Origin: an uncultured cyanobacterium
Lineage (GTDB): Bacteria > Cyanobacteriota > Cyanobacteriia > Cyanobacteriales > Nostocaceae
Reading direction: 5' to 3'
DNA: 64,000 nucleotides
Assembly: GCA_963740315.1 (NCBI GenBank)
Contig: CAVUDP010000003.1
Location: forward strand, 518,280 to 582,279
Below are positions 10,786-20,454 of this stretch, in pieces (the stretch's first letter is position 1; every line of letters starts with the position of its first letter). A program made the position numbers and the translations under genes. Under the pieces are notes generated by a model. That model made no database searches and was not told the DNA's origin. It saw only the letters and a program-made list of their open reading frames with translations.

Positions 10786-11322
10786 TTATCCTTTAAAATA
10801 TTCTCTTCCAGCAGCTTCTTCCGCTTCTTCAGTGTATTTTAAATAAACTACAACTCTACATCCTGAATCACCATTTGCAATAGTTTCCTGCAACTCGACT
10901 TTGGCATAACCGAGATTATCCGCAGCTATGGAACCAAAAACGTTGGAAGTCATCATGCACATTGACGGGCGATCGATAACTTTTTCACCAAAGGGACAAA
11001 CACGGTTTCCAAAAACAATCTTTTCATCGCTTTGCTCAATGACATAAAAGTCGCCCTTGATGCGTTTTTTCAAGTCAACCAAAACCTCAGCAATTTGCTC
11101 GCGGGAAAGATTGGATATTTTTAAGGCTGATTTATATTCTTTATCTATTTCTCTGCCCATAGTTTGCCCTACCACGCTGATAAACCCGGAAGCTTCTTCC
11201 AAGCCAACCAAATCCTGTAATGTGCCAGATAGTTCTCGAACTAAGGTGCCGAAAAATCCTTCACGCTCTAAAGGAACATTTAAATTATTAATTGTAGTTT
11301 CTGTAACTGTATCCTTAGTCAT
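10786..11322 (-). CDS. Methanogen output domain 1 (MetOD1, V4R-like) protein
   Basis: [33 protein letters not shown] pattern; ATG at 11322 preferred. Confidence 0.75.
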   Translation of the reverse strand: MTKDTVTETTINNLNVPLEREGFFGTLVRELSGTLQDLVGLEEASGFISVVGQTMGREIDKEYKSALKISNLSREQIAEVLVDLKKRIKGDFYVIEQSDEKIVFGNRVCPFGEKVIDRPSMCMMTSNVFGSIAADNLGYAKVELQETIANGDSGCRVVVYLKYTEEAEEAAGREYFKG

Positions 11323-12394
11323 AATTACTTGTCTTCTCTTTTTTTTTAACAATAGGACTTATACAACAGGAATCACCTAATTACGTCATTGAGTGAAAGC
11401 AATGTCACCTAGCACAATTTTGGAATTCTCTCCACTAGAACGTTTCAGTAGCAATGACACATTTTTTTGTATGAGTCCTGAATCATTTAAGGTGATTTAG
11501 TTTTATATTTCCCAAAAATGTCTTAGGAATAACATTTACGATCTAAGTTTTGTAAATCTATTAAATATAAGACTAAGTAAGCGCTTAGACAAAGTTCAAA
11601 ATGATTCAATCATTCCGAATTTCTCTGAACCCAAATCGGCGATCGAAAGTATGAAACACGCTCATACATCATCTGGATTAAAAGTCTATATAGGTGACTA
11701 ATTAATATTTCCACAAAAATAAATAGGAAAATTACAACCTCCTTAAGATAGATTTGAATACCTATCTATTTTGATAGACACAAAATGTTCTATTTATTAC
11801 TTTGGGTAGATGCTCTTGCCAACATCTGCCAAATAGTAGATATTTTAAAGCTTTAAGCTTGTTCGGTGTTTTTATTTCACAGGTAAAAACCGATTTATGC
11901 GATAAATAAAGTCAGGGAATGAATACAATTAAGTATAAAAACGCAATATTTTTTGTTCGTTATTAATTTGTATAATTAAGAAAATATACTTAAAATATCT
12001 TCTTGCTTCATCATAAGTTTATTTAAAATGTTTGAGATAAATTCCGAACTATCACCCTAAAATTGCTTAAATTAGTGAAAATAGCTTGCTTTTGCTCAAT
12101 TTTTTTATCCGCTAATTTATTTAATTCCAGAAAAAATTAAAAACAACTTAATTAATACTTAGTATATTGAATTACTATGTTCTAAATAATACATACTTTA
12201 GGAATAATTCAATATAATTTCGGTTACAACTTTTGGTAAATTGTTAAAAAATAATCACATACTCAAAGAATTCAACTAGCGACAAAGTACTGTTAAACAC
12301 CATCGTAGATAGAAGGGATATTAGAATAGCACTTTTGTCAAAGGTATTGAGAGTTAATTTTTTCAGAAAAATAATCATTAATGAGGTAATAAAA

Positions 12395-13849
12395 ATGGCA
12401 GAAGTCCTTGCGTTGAATGAGAAAGTGTTGCAAGAAGCCGTGAAGTTGCCATCGCACAATCATAATATTGATAACTTTTGGGAACGGGAAATTAGACCGC
12501 TATTTAATTTAGAGTCATTGTTTTTTAGAGTAAAGACTCTAGACGGAAATTATGTTAATTACGTCAACTTAGATAACGGTGCAACAACCAATCCTTTTGC
12601 AGAACTCAAGCAGTATATCGATGACAAGCTAGACTCCTACGGTAGCGTACATCGAGGTTCTGGACAAAAATCTATCATTACTACTCAAGAATACGATTCC
12701 AGTCGAGACGTTATCCGCGATTTTGTTGGTTCTAGCCCAAATAACTATGTAATTTTCTCCAAAAACACCACCGAAGCCATTAATGGAGCAGCTACACTCT
12801 GGGCTAAAAGACCTGGTAAAATCCTAGTTTCAGACATCGAGCATTCTTCAAACTTATTGCCTTGGGTAACTAGAGACGAAGTAGTTCAATATAGAACCCG
12901 ACCAGACGGAAGCGTCGATTTAGCTGAAATCGAAAATATCCTCAAGGCACATCAACAGAAGCCAGAAGCCGAGCGGATTAAGTTGCTGACGATGACTGGT
13001 GCTTCGACAATTACAGGATACAGACCACCGATTTATGAATTGGCAGCTTTAGCACATCGGTACGGTGTGAAAATGTTTGCTGATGTGTGTCAATTAATTC
13101 AGCACGAAAAAGTAGATATGCGTCCGGATGATGACCCAAGCCATTTAGATTTTGTGGCTTTCTCAGGACATAAAATGTATGCTCCTTATGGAACGGGGGT
13201 TTTGTTAGGGTCGAAAGAATTTTTTGATGATTGCTATCCTTACCAAATTGGCGGTGGTAACTTACCATACATCACCAGAAACTTAGAAATTAAGCGTTTT
13301 TATACCGAAAGAGCGCACGATCCCGGTACACCTAATGCAATGGGTGCGATCGCCATTGCTAAGGCAATTCATATTATCGAAAAACTCGGACGCAAGCGAA
13401 TTGCTAATTACGAGCATTCTTTGGTTGAGTACACGTTTACCAGACTGCGACAGATTCCGAGTGTCAAGGTGCATATTACGGGTGAAGACATTGCCCACGT
13501 GATTCCTTTTGATATTGACGGCTTTGATGGACGTTTAGTAGCAGAGATTTTAGCTACTGTATACGGAATTGGAGTCCGGGCAGGGGCTTTCTGTACCTAT
13601 GAATATATCCGCAAGCTGAAAAATATTTCCGATGAAAGAGACTTAGAAATTGCTGCGGAAGTTGAGAGAGGAATTACCCGCAATATTCCCACCATTATTC
13701 GAGCAAGCTTCGCCGTATACAACACCTTTGAAGATTGCGATCGCTTTTTATATGCAATTTCACAAATTGCTCGAAACAAAGCCGAACACTATTTATCCTC
13801 TTACAAACAGGATGAAGCTACAGGTGTTTGGACGGTGGTAGAGAATTAG
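12395..13849 (+). CDS. PLP-dependent class V aminotransferase / SufS-like desulfurase
   Basis: NLDNGATT, NTTEAIN, EHSSNLLPW, FSGHKMYAPYG, VRAGAFC; GAGG RBS before ATG 12395. Confidence 0.85.
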   Translation: MAEVLALNEKVLQEAVKLPSHNHNIDNFWEREIRPLFNLESLFFRVKTLDGNYVNYVNLDNGATTNPFAELKQYIDDKLDSYGSVHRGSGQKSIITTQEYDSSRDVIRDFVGSSPNNYVIFSKNTTEAINGAATLWAKRPGKILVSDIEHSSNLLPWVTRDEVVQYRTRPDGSVDLAEIENILKAHQQKPEAERIKLLTMTGASTITGYRPPIYELAALAHRYGVKMFADVCQLIQHEKVDMRPDDDPSHLDFVAFSGHKMYAPYGTGVLLGSKEFFDDCYPYQIGGGNLPYITRNLEIKRFYTERAHDPGTPNAMGAIAIAKAIHIIEKLGRKRIANYEHSLVEYTFTRLRQIPSVKVHITGEDIAHVIPFDIDGFDGRLVAEILATVYGIGVRAGAFCTYEYIRKLKNISDERDLEIAAEVERGITRNIPTIIRASFAVYNTFEDCDRFLYAISQIARNKAEHYLSSYKQDEATGVWTVVEN

Positions 13850-13855
13850 GAGTAA

Positions 13856-14130
13856 TTAAGGTCTGCATGTTAAAGGTCTGCATGTTAAAGGTCTGCATGT
13901 TAAAATTCTTTTATCTCCTTGTCCCCTTGTCCCCCCATCTCCCCAAAGGTTACTGAGCTTGTCGAAGTACTCCCCCTCTCCCCCGCTCGCCGCACGCTCC
14001 GCGTGTTCAGCGCGGCACGACTCGTTAGAGTAACGGGTTGCGCCACTTCTCTCAACGGTCGTGTTCCTCCGCACGTTTTGGGCTTACCATCTCCCCCGAA
14101 CCCCCGAACCCCATCTCCCCCTCTCTCTAC
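13856..14130. repeat. Composite repeat patch (3x AAGGTCTGCATGTTA, actgagcttgtcgaagt element, GC hairpins, STRR)
   Basis: Units directly visible; 14051-14075 is identical to 55829-55853. Confidence 0.8.
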
Positions 14131-14165
14131 TCCCTTAAAATATTAAAAACATCGAGGATAATAGC

Positions 14166-15434
14166 TTGAGTAATGACAACTTAGACCAAGATGATTATCT
14201 GCGATCGCGGGTTGATGAGTACATCTGGCACAAAAGCCGAAATAATGGTTTATCTCGTCAGCGTTTTCTGCAAATATTAGCCAGTATCGGAGGAGCAGCC
14301 TTTGGGGGATTAGCTATACCTGCATCTGCTCGAAGTCAGCAAAGAACCATCAAAAGTAACAGCAGTAAGATAATTAAGCCATTGCCACCAGGATATATTT
14401 CTCATACCAGTGGCAGTTTGGAAATGAACTGGGAAGCGATGTATGGACGCGGTTATATAGTTCCTAATGACTGGTTTTACGTTCATAACCGCAGTAAACC
14501 CCCGGCTTTCGATCCGTCTACTTGGCGTTTGCGAGTTGAAGGTACGGGTATTAATAAACCCTGCGAGTTTACCTACGATGAGATTGTTGGGATGCCGTCA
14601 ATCTCGGTGACTAGTGCGATCGAATGTGCTGCTAACGGTCGAATTTTCTTTGAGGAAGTTTACAACAAGCCTTTTTCTGGAACCCGCTGGAGACTGGGTG
14701 CAATTGGTGTAGCTGAATGGACGGGGGTACCGCTTGGCTTATTGTTAGAGCGGGCTGGGCTGAATAAAAATGCCGTGGATGTGCTAATTCAAGGTACAGA
14801 TGTGGATTCCCTCGATTCAAAAGGAACGAAATCTAAGTACAGCTTTGTGGTACCAATTGCCAAAGCCAAAATGGATAATTCTCTGATTGTCTATGCAATG
14901 AATGGCGAACCTCTGCCCATAGATCACGGTAGCCCATGTCGGGCAATATTCCCCGGTTGGGCTGGAAACGCGAATGTTAAATGGATTGAAAAAATAGAAG
15001 TTTCTTCTACACCTATATATAGCGAATGGATTGCCAAGCAAGCATTTCTCCGAGGCTCGGATTATCCAGAGAAAGGTAAATTAATTACTTCGCAAAACGT
15101 TAAGAGCGCGTTTGAATTGGCTTGGGGAGGGAAACTCAGGGCTGGACGCTATCTGTTGCGAGGACGTTCTTGGTCTGGTAAAGGAAAAATTGTCCGGGTG
15201 GAAGTTAGTTTAGATGAGGGTAAAACTTGGCAGATGGCGCGATTGCGGGAACCTAATTTTCCCTTTGCATGGGTGCGGTGGGATGTTGATTGGAACCCAA
15301 TTCCGGGGGAATATTCTTTGCAAGCTCGCGCTACAGACAACTTAGGCAACACTCAGCCTTTAAGCGTTCCTTGGAATGACAAAGGATTGCTTTATGGAGC
15401 CGTTGTCAGTCATCCGGTAACGGTACAAGGTTAA
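14166..15434 (+). CDS. Sulfite oxidase-family molybdopterin oxidoreductase with Tat-like signal
   Basis: SRQRFLQ Tat-like motif, Mo-ligating IECAANGR, YAMNGEPLPIDHG, C-terminal dimerisation domain ARATD; GAGGA RBS before TTG. Confidence 0.88.
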   Translation: MSNDNLDQDDYLRSRVDEYIWHKSRNNGLSRQRFLQILASIGGAAFGGLAIPASARSQQRTIKSNSSKIIKPLPPGYISHTSGSLEMNWEAMYGRGYIVPNDWFYVHNRSKPPAFDPSTWRLRVEGTGINKPCEFTYDEIVGMPSISVTSAIECAANGRIFFEEVYNKPFSGTRWRLGAIGVAEWTGVPLGLLLERAGLNKNAVDVLIQGTDVDSLDSKGTKSKYSFVVPIAKAKMDNSLIVYAMNGEPLPIDHGSPCRAIFPGWAGNANVKWIEKIEVSSTPIYSEWIAKQAFLRGSDYPEKGKLITSQNVKSAFELAWGGKLRAGRYLLRGRSWSGKGKIVRVEVSLDEGKTWQMARLREPNFPFAWVRWDVDWNPIPGEYSLQARATDNLGNTQPLSVPWNDKGLLYGAVVSHPVTVQG

Positions 15435-15542
15435 AGGTCTGCATGTCAAAGGTTTATTTTAGCTTTATTTCGGCAGACTTTTATGAGTTCAAATTTTTAC
15501 CCAATTTTTCACAGAATATTTTATTTTACAAAATACTTAATT

Positions 15543-16331
15543 ATGATTGATTTTGTGTGGTTGATTTTGGCAGTTGGAGGGTTAATCAGCGGGATGATAT
15601 CGGGGCTGCTGGGAATCGGTGGTGGTATTCTCACAATTCCGTTGATGGTTACATTAGGTTATACACCCGTTCAGGCGATCGCCACAAGCAGTCTTTTTAT
15701 TGTGATTACTGCAATTACTGGAAGCGTGCAGAATTGGTTGATGGGTTATTTGAATTGGAAAAAAATCATTTATTTAGGAATTCCGGCTTTTTTAACTACT
15801 GGCATAGGAGTATATTTTGCTAACTTAATTCCACCCCACATCATTCTTTTTACTTTTGGCATTATCCTACTTGCTAACATTTATTTGATAGATTTACGCA
15901 AACAATTAGCTGCGGTGGAAGTAGAGAGTACAGAAGTAGTATTGTTTAATCCTGTAGTTTCTAGAATTGGCACTGGAGGATTGGCAGGAGTTTTAGCAGG
16001 TTTGTTTGGTTTGGGTGGCGGTACAATTATGGTACCCATGCAAATGTTGCTTTTAAAAGAAGAAATTAAAGTCGCTATTCAGACAAGTCTTGGTGTTATC
16101 GTCATCACAGCTTTAGTTGCCTGTATCGGACATACTTTGAAAGGAAATATTTTGTTTATTCCCGGTATAGTTTTAGCTTGTGGCGGTATTTTGGGAGCGC
16201 AAATAAGTACTCGAACATTACCAAAGTTACCAGATTCAACTGTAAGTCTTGTCCTGCGTATTTTCTTAGGAATGCTATCAATATACATTTTTTGGGAAGC
16301 TTGGATCAACTATAAAATTATTGGTATATAA
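15543..16331 (+). CDS. TauE/SafE-family sulfite exporter
   Basis: Duplicated GLLGIGGG / GLFGLGGG motifs, A-x-x-TS; ATG 15543 preferred. Confidence 0.88.
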   Translation: MIDFVWLILAVGGLISGMISGLLGIGGGILTIPLMVTLGYTPVQAIATSSLFIVITAITGSVQNWLMGYLNWKKIIYLGIPAFLTTGIGVYFANLIPPHIILFTFGIILLANIYLIDLRKQLAAVEVESTEVVLFNPVVSRIGTGGLAGVLAGLFGLGGGTIMVPMQMLLLKEEIKVAIQTSLGVIVITALVACIGHTLKGNILFIPGIVLACGGILGAQISTRTLPKLPDSTVSLVLRIFLGMLSIYIFWEAWINYKIIGI

Positions 16332-16574
16332 AAGTAACACCATCATTCTAGTTTTTTGTTTGTAGTAAGGGCTTAAGCCCTTATTTTAATGTTTATTTTT
16401 AATTTTGAGGACGCACATTGCTGATTAAGAGCTAAAATCATAATTGCCAGTTAGGTAAATTTCAACTATTGCCTAAAATTTAGAAAGAAACTTATATATA
16501 GATGTAAATTTAAAATCTACTCAAACGATTATTTTAATTACCTACAACTAAAATTTGCTTTTAATTAACATCGA

Positions 16575-16790
16575 ATGACTTACATATTATTTTTAGCGAT
16601 CGGCTTTACAATTATTTGGTTAGCGATAAAAATCAAAGAAGAAGTTATCCGAATATCAACTGTTATCGCAGGTACTTTAATTACAGTTTGGGGTTTTTCT
16701 TTAAGCCCCACACCTTTTCAAATAGCAATTGAACTTGCAGGAGTCGTATCTGTTTTCTCTTTTTGCGTGCAATGTTGGAATAAGGATTAG
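16575..16790 (+). CDS. Small membrane protein
   Basis: 71 aa with three hydrophobic segments. Confidence 0.6.
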   Translation: MTYILFLAIGFTIIWLAIKIKEEVIRISTVIAGTLITVWGFSLSPTPFQIAIELAGVVSVFSFCVQCWNKD

Positions 16791-16946
16791 GATGGGGAGA
16801 CAAGGGGATGGGGAGACAAGGGGATGGGGGGAAGAATTATTAACTATTAATTATTAACTATCATCTCCTAATTATCTACTTTTAACTGGTAACTGGTAAC
16901 TGGTAACTGTTCACTGCTAACTGTTCACTGCTAACTGTTCAAAATA

Positions 16947-17717
16947 ATGTCATTAATAGAAGAAATTAATAACGCAAATGCTTTAATTGTTGGTGCTAGT
17001 CAAGGGATTGGTTTGGGTTTTGTCAAAGCTTTATTGCAAGATAATAATATTGCTAAAATTTACGCTACCTATCGCAATGGCGATCGCGATCGCGAATTAA
17101 TTTCATTACAAAGCGAATATTCCCAAAAGTTAGTTTGTCTGCCAATGGATATTACTCAAGAGTCGCAAATATCCGCAGCAGTGGAAAAGATAAGCACGGA
17201 AACAGACAAGCTACATTTAGTAATTAACTGCGTGGGAATTTTACATGAAGGTGAAATGCAGCCCGAAAAAAGCCTGCGACAAATCAATCCTGAAAATTTG
17301 ATGCGCTATTTCCAGGTAAATAGTATCGGTGGAATTTTATTAGCTAAACACCTACAGCCTTTATTTAAACATAAAGAGAAAAATATTTTTGCCTGTATTT
17401 CTGCCAAGATAGGCAGTATCGGCGATAACCGTTTGGGTGGATGGTACGGTTATCGAGCATCGAAAGCTGCTTTAAATATGTTTATGCGAACTACGGCGAT
17501 TGAATATAGCAGAAGATGCCCCAAAACTATCGTAGTTACCTTACATCCAGGTACTACAGATACCAACCTTTCCCAACCCTTTCAAAGTAACGTACCTACA
17601 GAAAAGTTATTCCCCGTCGATCGCACTGTCAATCAATTACTGAGTGTTATCGCTAACCTGAAGCCAGAAGATAGCGGTGAGTTTTTCTCTTGGGATGGTA
17701 GCCGTTTGCCGTGGTGA
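16947..17717 (+). CDS. SDR oxidoreductase (CsgA/C-factor-like)
   Basis: GASQGIG, YRASK, LHPGTTDT, FFSWDG. Confidence 0.88.
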   Translation: MSLIEEINNANALIVGASQGIGLGFVKALLQDNNIAKIYATYRNGDRDRELISLQSEYSQKLVCLPMDITQESQISAAVEKISTETDKLHLVINCVGILHEGEMQPEKSLRQINPENLMRYFQVNSIGGILLAKHLQPLFKHKEKNIFACISAKIGSIGDNRLGGWYGYRASKAALNMFMRTTAIEYSRRCPKTIVVTLHPGTTDTNLSQPFQSNVPTEKLFPVDRTVNQLLSVIANLKPEDSGEFFSWDGSRLPW

Positions 17718-18290
17718 AGGGGATGGGGAGATGGGGAGATAGGGAGATGGGGAGATGGGGAGATGGGGAGATGGGGAGATGGGGAGATGGGGAGATGGGG
17801 ATAGGGGGAGAGGGGGTAGAGGGGGTAGAGGGGGAGATAGGGAGATGGGGAGAGGGGGAGATAGGGAGATGGGGAGATGGGTAGAGGGGGTAGAGGGGGT
17901 AGAGGGGGTAGAGGGGGTAGAGGGGGAGAGGGGGTAGTTAGATAGCGAGCGAGACGCTCGCACTACTAACTTCTATCTAATCCAAAACAAAAGCATCCGT
18001 TGTTAAAATCTAAAATTCTTAACTCCTAACTCCTAACTCCTAACTCCTAACTCCTAACTCCTAACTCCTAACTCCTAACTGCTTACTGCTCACTGCTCAC
18101 TGCTAACTCCTAACTGGTTACTGCTAACTCCTAACTGGTTACTGCTAACTGGTTACTGCTAACTGCTCGCTGCTAACTGCTAACTGGTAACTGCTCACTG
18201 GTAACTGGTAACTGCTCACTGCTAACTGCTCACTGCTAACTGCTAACTGCTCACTGCTAACTGCTCGCTGCTCACTGCTCACTGCTCGCT
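17718..18290. repeat. Long STRR field (ggggagat, taactcc, tgctcac) with one GTAG-type palindrome at 17943-17966
   Basis: Tandem arrays; tagcgagcgagacgctcgcactac resembles the 2427/2649 palindromes. Confidence 0.9.
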
Positions 18291-19004
18291 GTAAAGAATG
18301 TCCAGAGCAACGCTTGCTTGTACTGTTTGATCGCTGCCAAGTATGGGGGTTGTTGTATCTCTGGCAAGGCTTGCTTCAAGTTGAAGGGGTTGAGGAATCG
18401 GATTTGATGCACCAAGTGACAAAATTTCGATGCCAACAATTTGTTGGGGAACTAAATTTAATGTATTAAAAACAGTTTGAGCCTCGATTTGAGCTTGTTC
18501 AACCGCTTGACTAAGTGCTTGCAAACGTGCCTGCCCCAAGGCTTCATCTGAGGCTGAAAAGCTAATGTTTTGTACTAGATTTGCCCCTGCTCCAATAGCT
18601 GCATCGATCGCGGCTCCTGCTTCTTCGTTTGGCAATTCAAAGGAAAGGGTGTTGCTAGCTTGAAACCCAGTTAGCTCTCTAGTATCGTCTTCAAAGCTAT
18701 AGATGGGAAACAATCGAACGGAGGTGGTTTGAAGTTCTTGGGCATCGAGATTTTCTAAGACATCTACTACATCCGCTGTCTGTTGAGCCGCCTGCTGTTG
18801 AGCTTCGGTTGCAGTTGCTGCTTCTACTTGAATCCCTAAATCAACTGTAGTAATGGTGGTGGGAACGGTAACTTCTCCAATACTTGTTACCTCTAATATG
18901 TTGCGATCGCCCTCTAAATTACTAAGACTGATGCCACCAGTCAGAGGATCGCGATTTTCAATAGTAGAATCTTCAAGTCCGAGCAAAGAATCGTTTGCAA
19001 GCAT
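18279..19004 (-). CDS. SIMPL (DUF541) domain protein
   Basis: LQTTSVRLFPIY, GFQASN, IDAAIGAGAN, QTVQASV; start uncertain (19004 or 19046). Confidence 0.8.
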   Translation of the reverse strand: MLANDSLLGLEDSTIENRDPLTGGISLSNLEGDRNILEVTSIGEVTVPTTITTVDLGIQVEAATATEAQQQAAQQTADVVDVLENLDAQELQTTSVRLFPIYSFEDDTRELTGFQASNTLSFELPNEEAGAAIDAAIGAGANLVQNISFSASDEALGQARLQALSQAVEQAQIEAQTVFNTLNLVPQQIVGIEILSLGASNPIPQPLQLEASLARDTTTPILGSDQTVQASVALDILYSEQ

Positions 19005-19215
19005 CTTATTTATCCCTGTTTTAATATTTTGATGCCATACTATCACCTCCCTACGATCGCTCGCGATTAAAATAAAATATATCTACCATTAGCAATACGG
19101 CGAGATATTTCTAAAGGTACATTTATAAATTTACTACCGTGTATATACATATTGCCAATTTTGATTTAATTGAATTTTAGCCATGTATATACATATCATC
19201 GATCCGAATTAATAA

Positions 19216-19394
19216 GGTTCGTAGTAAGGGCTTCAGCCCTCCAGATTTAGGGTTGAATCCGGAGCGTAGAACCCGTCGCAATTAATGCAATCAATTATTA
19301 GTACTTCATTTCGTTAGTTTTGATGGGCAATAAGGTTTGTAGTAAGCGCCGTCTTCGCTCCGGAGAAGAGGGAACCGAAGCCCTTACTACGAAC
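19216..19394. repeat. GTAGTAAGG-family REP cluster
   Basis: ggttcgtagtaagggcttcagccct at 19216; ggtttgtagtaag...cccttactacgaac at 19334-19394. Confidence 0.75.
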
Positions 19395-19404
19395 TCGATG
19401 TTCT

Positions 19405-20208
19405 TTATTTGCCTTCACCTCGTGCAAACATTTCAATAACTTCGCTGCGACTAAGTTGGTTTTCTTCAGCAATTAAAGCTAATTTTTCCCAAGCTGTATC
19501 TGTAAGTCTCATGGAGCGCAAGCGTTTTTGCTCGGTTTTATAATCTTGCTCAAATTTACCTGAATCGCTGCGGTTGCATCTATTGGATTTATGTTTTGTC
19601 GCTGAAACGCTTTGATTGCTGGTTAGTAGGTGAATCAAGTTGTCAATTAACCGATCTCGTTCGATTGGCATGATGTCTTTGCCGTGCAGCACTTCGCTTG
19701 TCATCACAAAATGCATAAATGTACCCATGTATATTCGGGCTGCGACTTCTGCATCGGGTAAATTTAATTCTTTGCGAGACTCGAAGAATTGAGTTAAATC
19801 CTGTAAAGCCGATTTTTTAAAGGTAGTTACGAAAGCCCTTGCTAATTGAGGGAAACGCCCCGACTCTCCGATAATTATCCGTAATAATCCTAACGCTTTT
19901 TCATCGCCCATCATCGCTTCTAACATACTGTTTGCCAAACGACGCAGCACAATGCTTACTTCTTCTTTGCTCGATCGCGCTTTCTGGGGATTAAATACCC
20001 TGTCATACTTCTGCTTCGTCAATCGCTCGATTAAAGCTAAAAATAAAGTTTCTTTATCCTGAAAATAACTATATACCGTGGTTTTAGATACAGAGGCGGC
20101 GGCTGCAACTCCATCCATTGTTGTAGCTGCAAAGCCATGTACTAAAAATTCTTTTATTGCTCCTCGAAGAATAACTTCGGCTTTCTCTGGTAATTGTGTT
20201 TCTTTCAT
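19405..20208 (-). CDS. TetR-family regulator with extra C-terminal RHH-like tail
   Basis: GFAATTMDGVA..VSKTTVYSYFQDKE HTH; GESGRFPQLA; tail RSMRLTDTAWEKL..LSRSEVIE. Confidence 0.88.
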   Translation of the reverse strand: MKETQLPEKAEVILRGAIKEFLVHGFAATTMDGVAAAASVSKTTVYSYFQDKETLFLALIERLTKQKYDRVFNPQKARSSKEEVSIVLRRLANSMLEAMMGDEKALGLLRIIIGESGRFPQLARAFVTTFKKSALQDLTQFFESRKELNLPDAEVAARIYMGTFMHFVMTSEVLHGKDIMPIERDRLIDNLIHLLTSNQSVSATKHKSNRCNRSDSGKFEQDYKTEQKRLRSMRLTDTAWEKLALIAEENQLSRSEVIEMFARGEGK

Positions 20209-20368
20209 AAGTTAGCGCATTGGGAATGGGCATAGGAAAGAACCCCTCTCCAAACCTCTCCCCCATTAGGAGAAAGGCTTTAGAATCAAGCCTGCTTTCC
20301 TGTTCCCCTTGCAGGGAAGGGGCTAGGGGTTAGGTTCTTGAGAAATTCATTCTTTAGTTAGATACCCC

Positions 20369-20422
20369 TTGACATTATTGTACTATACAGTTTAGTTTGT
20401 AAACATAGCTAAACCGCTTAGT
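20369..20422 (+). promoter_or_regulatory. Sigma70-like promoter overlapped by two putative TetR operators
   Basis: TTGACA 20369-20374, TAGTTT 20393-20398; imperfect palindromes actatacagtttagt (20382-20396) and gctaaaccgcttagt (20408-20422). Confidence 0.6.
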
Positions 20423-20454
20423 TCATTTTTATTATCGTATCCAGGAGGCACCCA

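Noticed and set aside
12162..12175. GTA-N8-TAC as an NtcA site
   Set aside because: No -10 box at the canonical ~22 nt spacing; expected by chance in AT-rich DNA.
13856..14146. 72 aa and 75 aa ORFs, including a TCRPL repeat resembling a RiPP precursor
   Set aside because: Made entirely of dispersed repeat elements found elsewhere in the window.
17637..17963. Pro/Ser-rich and Gly/Arg-rich ORFs
   Set aside because: Translations of STRR arrays.
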